Assembly: GCF_000281045.1 (NCBI RefSeq)
Contig: NW_008246079.1
Location: forward strand, 65,735-115,528
DNA length: 49,794 nt
Reading direction: 5' to 3'
From: Saprolegnia diclina VS20
Taxonomy: Eukaryota
Part shown: one piece after another, positions 41,715 to 49,794 of the stretch
Numbering within the stretch: position 1 is the first letter of the stretch
How the letters are laid out: the number at the start of each line of letters is the position of its first letter
Notes under the pieces: generated by a model
Databases searched by the model: none
Told to the model about the DNA's origin: nothing
The model's input: only the letters and a program-made list of their open reading frames with translations
Translations under genes and position numbers: made by a program

Positions 41715-42180
41715 GCTCCGTCGCAACCTGCATTGTTGTTCCCTAAATATGAATTTATACTCGTGCTATCGAGGCTTGGAGCGACTACGGATGCACTGAG
41801 CTAGATGGTACTAACACTGTACCTCGGCCTTGCCATGGCGGTGCACCACAGGGCGCCGGCCTTGTCGCTGAGCACAGACGCTTGTTGCTGCATCGCGCTG
41901 GGCGAACCCGCCGACTGGCGCGACCGAGTTTGGGATGTCGAGCTCTTAGAATTGGAGTAACTCTCTGCATCTTCACTATCCGACGTCCACGGGACTGAGA
42001 CGACGGCTACATCTACGCTCTGAATTCGCGTCTGGAATCCAAGGACTGGGAATCCCAGATGCAGACTCGGCGCAGTAGCGCTTCGCAGACCTTCTTGAGC
42101 GGTCGTTGCCGTCGTCTGGGGCACGACGGAGCTTGCTTCCGCGGTCATCCCTTGTCTGTCGACGCACAAAAATTCTGCGT

Positions 42181-42250
42181 TCTGATTGGCTCTCATTTGA
42201 CACGCAACTCGGTCCTGCTGTGAGATCGCTAGAGTCATTTGCAAATTCTC
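42181..42250 (+). promoter_or_regulatory. CCAAT box (TCTGATTGGCT) and Inr+FPR (TCATTTGCAAATTCTC) of FBT copy 2
   Basis: Motifs at 42181-42191 and 42235-42250, upstream of ATG 42262. Confidence 0.6.
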
Positions 42251-42261
42251 GCCCAGATACT

Positions 42262-43917
42262 ATGGACCACGAGGAGCGAGCGCCGTTCGTGCCGACGGCC
42301 AAGTCGGCCAGCTACGGCCACGCAACCGACCTCGAGGCTGGACCGCCGCTTCTCAGTCCGGTGCTGTCGCTGCGGTCGCCCGAAGCCGTCGCGCTCTTCT
42401 CGCAGTACTTTGCCATTGGCATTCTCTACGGCCTCCTTCCCGGCCTGCAGTACCCGATCTTCAACAACTACTTGCACATGGAGGGGTACCAAACCTCGGC
42501 GTATGGCGTCCTCATTCACATTGGCTGGTCGTTCAAGGTCTTCCTCGGCATGCTCTCCGACTGCGTCCCGATCTACGGCTACCGCCGCAAGCCATGGATG
42601 CTTCTCGGCTGGACGATCGCAATCGTGTGTCTCGGCCTGCTTACGTTCACGCCGTTTCCGCAGCCGTACTGCGACGCCCGGTTCATTGCGTGTCCCGCCG
42701 TGCGCCCATCACCGTTGGTCAACGCCAGCTACTACAACCTTGACGCACCGAACGCTGGCACAACCATCATCGTTCTCTCGGTGCTCGTCGGGTTTGGCTA
42801 CGTCATGGCCAACTCGGCCGCCGACGCCATGGTGGTCGAGTACGCCCAGCGCGAGCCGCTCGCGACGCGCGGGCGCACGCAGAGTGCGATCTATGCGAGT
42901 CGGTACGCCGGGCAGATGCTGGCGCAGACCTCGATCGCGCTCCTGCTCAACGGCAAAGTGTACGGTGGGTCGTTCGACTTTGACGTACCGCCGAACGTCG
43001 TGTACGGTCTTTGCCTCGCGCCCAGCGTTCTCATTCTTCCGAGCACGCTCCTGTGCCTTGTCGAGCACCAGTCGGAGGCGACGCCGATCCAGATCTGGCT
43101 CCGCTCGTTCTGGCAACTGCTCCAGACGCAGGCCATGTGGCACGTCTGCGCCTTCAAATTCCTCAACTCGGCGTTCGCGTCTTTTGGGGCGACGCCGAGC
43201 GCGCCGATCGCGCAGACGTGGGCGCGCGTCGAGCCGCTCAACGACGCCATCTCGGGCGTGATCGGGTCGCTCGCAATGGCTATCATCATGGCCGGCGTCG
43301 GGCGCTACGGACTGCACTGGAACTGGCGCACCGTGGTCGCGATCTCGACCGTCGGCATCGTAGCCATTGACGCGTTTGCAGTCTTTGCTACGGTCTGGGA
43401 CCTTGTCCGCAACCAGTGGTTCTACACCGGCGTCGTCCTCGCCGAGAAGATCCCCGACGGCATTCGCTTCATGGTTGCGTCCTACTGCGCCGTCGAGATC
43501 GCGGACGTCGGCAACGAAGGCGCCACGTACGGTCTCGTCACGACGCTCGGCAACCTCGCGTCGCCCTTTGCCGCTGTCTTCTACAAGCTCGTGGACGCCA
43601 ACTTTGACGTGTCCCAAGATGCCATTGCTCGCGACGATGTCGACGTGCGCTGGCAGGTGACGTACTGCTTCCTCCTCTCGTACGGCGTGCGGCTCGCCGG
43701 GCTCCTCTGGCTCTTCTTGCTGCCACCTCAGAGAGAAGCCTTGCGGTCCCTCAAGCAGCACGGGACGCCGAGCGCAGTGGCCGGCGCCACACTCATTCTT
43801 GTGTTTGTCCTGGCGCTCCTGCTCTCGGTGACGACCAACTTTATGTCCATCTACCCGTCCACCAAGTGCTACCGCATCGCCGGCGGCCACGGCACGGTCA
43901 ACGGCACGTGTTTCTAG
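42262..43917 (+). CDS. Folate-biopterin transporter (FBT/BT1), paralog of 7996-9717
   Basis: WSFKVFLGMLSDCVPIYGYRRKPW, ADAMVVEYAQREP, EGATYGLVTTLGNL, and the shared C-terminus SIYPSTKCYRIAGG.GTVNGTC. Confidence 0.9.
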   Translation: MDHEERAPFVPTAKSASYGHATDLEAGPPLLSPVLSLRSPEAVALFSQYFAIGILYGLLPGLQYPIFNNYLHMEGYQTSAYGVLIHIGWSFKVFLGMLSDCVPIYGYRRKPWMLLGWTIAIVCLGLLTFTPFPQPYCDARFIACPAVRPSPLVNASYYNLDAPNAGTTIIVLSVLVGFGYVMANSAADAMVVEYAQREPLATRGRTQSAIYASRYAGQMLAQTSIALLLNGKVYGGSFDFDVPPNVVYGLCLAPSVLILPSTLLCLVEHQSEATPIQIWLRSFWQLLQTQAMWHVCAFKFLNSAFASFGATPSAPIAQTWARVEPLNDAISGVIGSLAMAIIMAGVGRYGLHWNWRTVVAISTVGIVAIDAFAVFATVWDLVRNQWFYTGVVLAEKIPDGIRFMVASYCAVEIADVGNEGATYGLVTTLGNLASPFAAVFYKLVDANFDVSQDAIARDDVDVRWQVTYCFLLSYGVRLAGLLWLFLLPPQREALRSLKQHGTPSAVAGATLILVFVLALLLSVTTNFMSIYPSTKCYRIAGGHGTVNGTCF

Positions 43918-44084
43918 CGTGGCATCGTAACCCTAGTCGCTGATCGTTTAGTATTTTTTGCTGTTGCGGACTTGGTGATGCGTCGCTGCAGTCTACACGG
44001 TACATGGCATTGTCGCATCCGAGTAGCCACAACATCGGAACGGACATTTGAGCTGTATTGGTACAAGCATATAGCAAGCGGGGG

Positions 44085-47000
44085 CTAGACGCGGAAGTAA
44101 CCCTGGACGCCACTGTCGTTGGCACCGTCATCATCATCATCGTCATCGTCGTCGTCGTCGTCGTCGTCATCCAAGTACACGTAGGAGAGGGGAGCCACCG
44201 GCGGGTGACGCACCGTCACAGACGAATGCTGTGCCGGAGCACTGCTGGTCGTCGGTACCGGCGACGTTGGGACACTGACGACCGTCGCTACGGGAGACGC
44301 CGGCAACGGCGCTGGGGCCTTGAAAAGTCGTGGCACGGGCGACGGACCGGCAGCGATGGGCAGTACGGGCGATGGCAGTTGTGCAACGTCGACCGTGTCG
44401 GTTGTCAGCGCGTCGAGCGCGTCGATCGTCGCTTGCGGGAGGAGGAGGTGGTTTTGCGCGCGCGTCATCGTCGCGACCCAGTGACCGAGGCGCATGCCGT
44501 GGAGGTCCGTCGCCCACGCGCGCGCCGGGGGCACAACAAACGACGGCGGTACCGACGTGGATCCGTGGATCCAGTAGTACGTGCGCAGCCCGTCGACGAT
44601 GCGCGCCCACGTCGCAGGCACATTGAAGAGATACCCGGCGTCCGCGAGCTGCGTCGTCTGGGCAGTCTTGAGCGCTCGCGCTCTCAAACCGACGCGCCAC
44701 ACGAGGTCGCCAAGCTCCAAGCCGCGCCACGCGTCGGGCCATTCGCCACCTGTCGATGGGACGACAAAGTCGCGGGTCACGGCGCCGTCGCCAAACGAGT
44801 CTCGGTACATCGCGACAAGATCGACGAGCTCGTCAAAGTCGGGCAGATCGGTCACGAGACCGGCCGAGCGCACGAGATCGACGTCGTCGTCCGGGAGTTC
44901 GAACCAGTGGTCCCGGAGCGCCGGTAGCACGAGGCTCAGCAGGATACCGTGCGCCGGCATCGACCACGCGTCGTTGTTGGACGGCACGGCAAACCCGTGG
45001 GGTACGTCGAGCGTTCCATGGAGCAGCTGGTACGTTAAGAGCGCTTGGATTTGGGTGCCCCATGACAAGGACTTTGCCTGGAGCGCGCCCGACCCGGTCG
45101 CTCGGATAAAGCAGCGGGACCGGACGCCCGAGACGCGCCAGAGAAACCCGATCGCATCGAGCTCGGCCTTTTGGTCGGGCTGCAGCATCTTGGGGCCAAA
45201 GCGAAAATGCGACACAATCTTGCCGAGCGGCATGTCGCGCAGCCGCCGCGGGTACGAGAGCGGGAGGATGTAGGCGTCGGGCACTGCGAGATGACCGTTC
45301 TTGACGCGGTACAAGCAGAGCGCGTGGATCTTCTCGTCCCAGCTCCACTCGCTAAACGGCGCTAAATCGCTCGACTCGGCCGGTGGTGCTTTGATGCTGT
45401 CGTGGACGACCTCGAGCTTGATGCGGACCTCTGGCTCCTCCTTGATGTCCGGCACGCGGCGGCGCTTGGTCGACTCGCGATCCGCCGGCGCGATCGCTGC
45501 GCGCTTGTCGACCTTGACTGCACCATTGTCCTTGTTTGTGGCCTTCTCCTTGGACGACGTGTTGCCCTTCACTGCAGCCTTCTCCTTCACTGCAGCCTTC
45601 TCCTTCACTGCAGCCTTCTCCTTCAGCGCAGCCTTCTCCTTCAGCGCAGCCTTCTCTTTAGCAGCCTTCTCCTTGGCAGCAGCTTTCTCCTTGGCAGCAG
45701 CCTTCTCCTTGGCAGCCTTCTCCTTTAGAGCAGCCTTCTCCTTGGACGTGGCTTTGACACTATGCGCCGTCGCCTCGACCTTGATCGCCGATGTCTTCTT
45801 GCTCCAGCGGAAGCCAAAGGCGTCCAGCGCCGCCTTGTGCTGCGGGTCGATCACGTTCTGTTTTCGGATGAGCTTGACGACCGCTCCGAGCTGGAGACCG
45901 CGGCACGCCCGGGGATACGGGGGTCCCGCCGTCGTTCGAAAGTCACTCGGGACATCGACGTGTCCGTACTTGGAATGAAACATCTCCAGCGCGACCAGGA
46001 CGTTGGCGAAGAGCGCGGCCGAGTTTGGCGGCGCCGCCAGGTTTCGCATGGCGTCCACTTCGCGCTCTGTGGCCGGCGGCAGCATGTGCAGCGGCTGTGC
46101 TCGCTTCAGCCGGCTGTAGTACCGTCCGAGCTGCAGACCGCGGAGGGCTTCGGGCCACGACGCCTTGGTGGGGATGACAAACGTTGGGGGCACGGCATGA
46201 GAGCCGGTACGGCGGTGGTACTCGCGCAGGCCGTCGACGACGCGGGCCCACGTCGCGGGCGTGTTGAACACGTAGCCCGAGTCGGTGAGCTGCGTAGCGC
46301 GCTCCGACGAGAGGCCGGTCTTCGTGAGGCCGATGCCGTACACAATTTCACCGAGGGGCAGTCCGTGCCACCGCGGGAGCCACTCGTCCGTGGCCGGCAC
46401 GTGAAAGTCGATGCCAATGTTGCCGTGACCAAAGACCGCCTTGAAGCGCCGAAGGAGCATGAGGAGCCCGGTCCACCGCGGCAAGTCCAAGCACAGACCG
46501 AGCTCGTGCACGTTGCGGGCGTCGGGCGGCGCCAGATCGTAAAAGTGATGGCGCAGCCGAGCCGGGATCACGTCGAGGACGACACCCGCGGCCTTGGCGG
46601 GCCACGGCGATCCGCTCGGCACTGCAAAGCCGTCGGGGACGTTGACGTGGTCGTGCTCTTCCGCAAAGACGTCAAGCGCTTCGACGAGCGCGGTGAACGG
46701 GGTCGCCGCGTACAAGGTCGTCGTTTTGCACGAGATGGTCCCCACAGACGAGTGCCAAACGAAGCCGATCGTCTCGAGCTCTTCAATCTGCTCAGGCCGC
46801 AGCGAGTGGCGGCGGTACCGCACGTTCTGCGCCGTCATCCCGAGCGCGTGGCCCCAGAGGTGTTTTGGCCACCGGCGGTCCTTGCTCGGTATGACAAACG
46901 ACTGCGGCAGGCGTGCGTTGCCGTATACGAGGCGGTACGCCGCCAGCGCCGTGATAATGTCGGTCCACGGAAGGCCGCCCGCGATCTCACGGCGCGTCGG

Positions 47001-48131
47001 TGCGTCAACGCGTTTCTTCTCTGGCGACGGTGTCTCGACCCGCGCCCGCTTCTTCTCGGGCGACGGGTCGCGCGTCGGTGGCACCCGTCGCTTCAGCGCC
47101 GGCGGGTCTTTCTTGGCTTTTGGTGACGTCCGAGGCGTAGCGCTGGGAGATGCCTTCTGCTTGCGACTCACGATCGGCTTGTCGTCCTCAAGACTCGTGA
47201 TGGCAGCCAGCGTCTCTTTCGGGAGGAGACGCAGCTCCTGGGCTTGACGCAGCTTGGCGACGTAGTAGCCGAGGCGCATGCCGCGGACTTCAGCGTCCCA
47301 GTGCTTGGGCACTACGTAGCTCACCGGCACGTTCGTCTTGCTCAGCATCGTCATGTACGCGTCGAGGCCGTGCACGATGTTGGCCCACGTCCCCTTGCAG
47401 TTGAAGTCGAGCTCAAAGTCGTCGAGCGCCTCGCGCTTCTCGTCCGGCAGTTCGTGTCGCTTGATGCCGAGGAACCACACGAGCTCGCCGAGGGCAAAGC
47501 CGTGGAAGGCTTTCGGCCACGTCTTCTTGGCGGGCACGATAAAGTCGAGCGGCACAGCGCTCTCGCCGACGTTGAGGTCGTAGGCGCGAAGCAGCGAGAG
47601 GACGTCGGCCCACACCGGGCGGTCCGTGCACAGCTCCAGGCCGTGCAACGCGAGCATCTGCTTGGACGAGAGGCTGTAAAACTCGCTGCGGAGCATCGGC
47701 AGCGCGTGGTAGAGCGCGACGCCGGCCGCTGCGCGGGGCCACGCGCCTTTACTCGGTACGATAAAGTCTTCGGGCATCTCGTCCACGTCGCTGTGGGCCG
47801 ACGTATACGCGCGAAGGGCGGCGACGAGCGTCGAGAGCTCGACGACGATGACCGAGCGCCGACCGTCGCTCTCGCCGGGCATGCGCAGCGGCGAGTTGCC
47901 CGGCGCCCACGCAAAGCCGAGCGCGTCGAGGGGCTCGAAGCGCTCGGGCGCGTACGTCAGTGCGACGAAGCGGGCGTTCTCGGCGATGCGGCCGAGGGCG
48001 GCGCCGCGCAGGTGCTTGGGCCACGGCTGCTTGTGCGGGACGACGAACGTACGTGGCATCGAGCAGTGGCCGTGGAGCTCGCGATAGATGGCGAGGCCCT
48101 CGAGCCGCGCTTCCCATGGCGTCTCTCGCAT
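44085..48131 (-). CDS. Stand-alone HA-like repeat protein 4, about 13 units, with basic linkers, KEKAA repeat and acidic C-terminus
   Basis: 1348-aa intronless ORF with HA-like units in three 4-unit cassettes plus one single unit; SPEKKR NLS-like motifs; poly-Asp tail. Confidence 0.9.
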   Translation of the reverse strand: MRETPWEARLEGLAIYRELHGHCSMPRTFVVPHKQPWPKHLRGAALGRIAENARFVALTYAPERFEPLDALGFAWAPGNSPLRMPGESDGRRSVIVVELSTLVAALRAYTSAHSDVDEMPEDFIVPSKGAWPRAAAGVALYHALPMLRSEFYSLSSKQMLALHGLELCTDRPVWADVLSLLRAYDLNVGESAVPLDFIVPAKKTWPKAFHGFALGELVWFLGIKRHELPDEKREALDDFELDFNCKGTWANIVHGLDAYMTMLSKTNVPVSYVVPKHWDAEVRGMRLGYYVAKLRQAQELRLLPKETLAAITSLEDDKPIVSRKQKASPSATPRTSPKAKKDPPALKRRVPPTRDPSPEKKRARVETPSPEKKRVDAPTRREIAGGLPWTDIITALAAYRLVYGNARLPQSFVIPSKDRRWPKHLWGHALGMTAQNVRYRRHSLRPEQIEELETIGFVWHSSVGTISCKTTTLYAATPFTALVEALDVFAEEHDHVNVPDGFAVPSGSPWPAKAAGVVLDVIPARLRHHFYDLAPPDARNVHELGLCLDLPRWTGLLMLLRRFKAVFGHGNIGIDFHVPATDEWLPRWHGLPLGEIVYGIGLTKTGLSSERATQLTDSGYVFNTPATWARVVDGLREYHRRTGSHAVPPTFVIPTKASWPEALRGLQLGRYYSRLKRAQPLHMLPPATEREVDAMRNLAAPPNSAALFANVLVALEMFHSKYGHVDVPSDFRTTAGPPYPRACRGLQLGAVVKLIRKQNVIDPQHKAALDAFGFRWSKKTSAIKVEATAHSVKATSKEKAALKEKAAKEKAAAKEKAAAKEKAAKEKAALKEKAALKEKAAVKEKAAVKEKAAVKGNTSSKEKATNKDNGAVKVDKRAAIAPADRESTKRRRVPDIKEEPEVRIKLEVVHDSIKAPPAESSDLAPFSEWSWDEKIHALCLYRVKNGHLAVPDAYILPLSYPRRLRDMPLGKIVSHFRFGPKMLQPDQKAELDAIGFLWRVSGVRSRCFIRATGSGALQAKSLSWGTQIQALLTYQLLHGTLDVPHGFAVPSNNDAWSMPAHGILLSLVLPALRDHWFELPDDDVDLVRSAGLVTDLPDFDELVDLVAMYRDSFGDGAVTRDFVVPSTGGEWPDAWRGLELGDLVWRVGLRARALKTAQTTQLADAGYLFNVPATWARIVDGLRTYYWIHGSTSVPPSFVVPPARAWATDLHGMRLGHWVATMTRAQNHLLLPQATIDALDALTTDTVDVAQLPSPVLPIAAGPSPVPRLFKAPAPLPASPVATVVSVPTSPVPTTSSAPAQHSSVTVRHPPVAPLSYVYLDDDDDDDDDDDDDDDGANDSGVQGYFRV
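45570..45743 (-). repeat. Coding 15/18-bp repeat encoding KEKAA(L/A/V) x10
   Basis: gcagccttctcctt units on the + strand. Confidence 0.9.
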
Positions 48132-49794
48132 GCCAGACCAGGACTACGGGTAGGCAGCCAATCCGACGCGAGAACCGGTGTCGACCAATCGGAGCGCTCC
48201 AAAGAGACAGGCGGTCAACCACCGTGTAGTCGTCGAGCCTTGCGCGCCTTCACGCAGACTACCGGTAGCTTTGCGTCCGGGCTTGGCTAGCGAGAGGAGA
48301 GGTACGAGGACCTTCTGTCATCACGCCACCATGGCTGCCCGAGTCGGCGGCCATCGAATTTTGAAGGCGATGAGGAAGGTCCGGGAAGCCGTCCAAGGGA
48401 GTAGAGCTTCAGCAGACGCTTGTGGCCATCCGATGCGAGCAAACAGCCAACCTCTCGGTCAAATGTGGTGCGGGGCGGAGGCCATGTCGCCAATTTATGC
48501 CCGCTTGCTTAGCCCCCACCATGCTCTACCGCGATCAAAACAGCGAGTGCACTCGGGAGGGGTTCTCAAGGTATGGCTGTTGAGCGATTTCTAAGAGAGC
48601 AAGAACGCTGAGTTTGGACGCTGCCTTTCCACGCCGAGGCTTATTCGAGGCCAGCGACAAGACCACGTTCTACCTCATCGAAACGCGTGCAAGGAGAAGC
48701 AAAGAGTGTACGACCCGTTCACTACTGTGCTGCCGCCGAAATGTGCTCGTCCCATCGCCGAGACGCAGTGCCCTTGCGAAGTTGAGGCCTCGGACAGCTA
48801 CCTTCCACTACTACTAGTATGTAGCCCCAGGTGCACGCCATATATAGCCAAATATAAGCTCTACATATGGCATATGCCAATATTAACAAAACACTGAATT
48901 GCTCGCGCTCTATTCCTCGTATGCCGACGACACGTAGCCTGTTATGCTCTCCAAAGGATCTACGATCACCAGGCCAAGCCTCGGCGATTTCATTTTTGAA
49001 TGCAATATCGGCGACCGAGCTGGCTCGCCTCCGAGGTGGCGCCCTCGCTCGATTGAAATGCCCAGTGATTGGCTAAAATAAAGCGATAAATCGACCAATC
49101 ATATTCTGGTCACATGCGCGATCTTGAGCTGGCGTTGCACCTCTCTCGACTCCACGGAGACCACGACCCTCGACGGCGTCCAGCAGGAACTACCAGTAAA
49201 GTCATGAACCTCTCGGCGCTGGACTTTGCAGGCCAGGACCAGGTACACAGCTACTACATACTTTGTGCGAACCCCGGCTCGCTGCACTGACTGGAGCTCA
49301 AACACGATTTGGTAAAAACGATTTCGAGGTGCCAAGGTTCTGGTCACTTTTCCTATCCCTCCCAGGACGCATAATACGTGGTGGGAGAGATATAAGGCAG
49401 GACGGAGCCAAGGACTTTGGTGCTAAGAGCCTTGTGCAGCCACCCTGCATCAAGCTTGCATTTTTCCTGGGCCATTTTGGAAGAAATTGAGGATATGATG
49501 AAAATGGACGGTCTCACCATCACTGCATCCTCTTTTCTACTGCTCTCTATGCCCAGAGCTTCCTCGCTTGGTCGGATTCGACAGAGGAAAGCCACCTCGA
49601 TCCTCGGGTCCCCTTTGTCGGACATTGGCGTCAATTTAAGCGCTTAAATCGGATGTAATCTCTCGCAATCACAGTTGGTTGCACGCTAGGATTGGTCAAT
49701 ACGGAATGCGTGGCGCCGTCGAGCCATACGTGGCAGCCGCAGAGGGTGCGTCGACGTGTGGCGCGGCGTCCGAGTCGATTTTGATGGTCATGGG

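Noticed and set aside
1..49794. Prokaryotic origin or operon/defence-island interpretation
   Set aside because: Spliceosomal introns and eukaryote-specific genes (USP10, IFT144-like, tetraspanin) show this is eukaryotic DNA.

Overview
Eukaryotic, GC-rich oomycete-type DNA. Short GT-AG introns (about 39-67 nt), Inr/FPR core promoters and the gene families present point to Saprolegniales, probably Saprolegnia; this is an inference. About 18 protein genes in order: 3' end of a MON2-like protein; USP10/Ubp3 deubiquitinase with an N-terminal FGDF motif; a four-domain tandem TKL (pseudo)kinase; a folate-biopterin transporter (FBT); a truncated WDR19/IFT144-like WD40 protein ending in a hydrophobic tail; two tandem VIT1/CCC1 iron transporters, each broken by an assembly gap; a gene-poor 4 kb; an 18-kb block in which three paralogs of an uncharacterised Cys/His-rich 'RCFPHCCP/WHYGW' family (two with 8-nt and 25-nt micro-exons) flank three intronless helicase-associated (HA)-like repeat proteins; a tetraspanin; a type II membrane mucin-like protein; a second FBT; and a fourth large HA-repeat protein built from a triplicated 4-unit cassette. 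No RNA genes, CRISPR arrays or recognisable transposons were seen. Best candidates for novelty: the stand-alone HA-repeat arrays with the co-clustered putative metal-binding transcription-factor-like family, the tandem kinase, and the tail-anchored IFT144 propeller.
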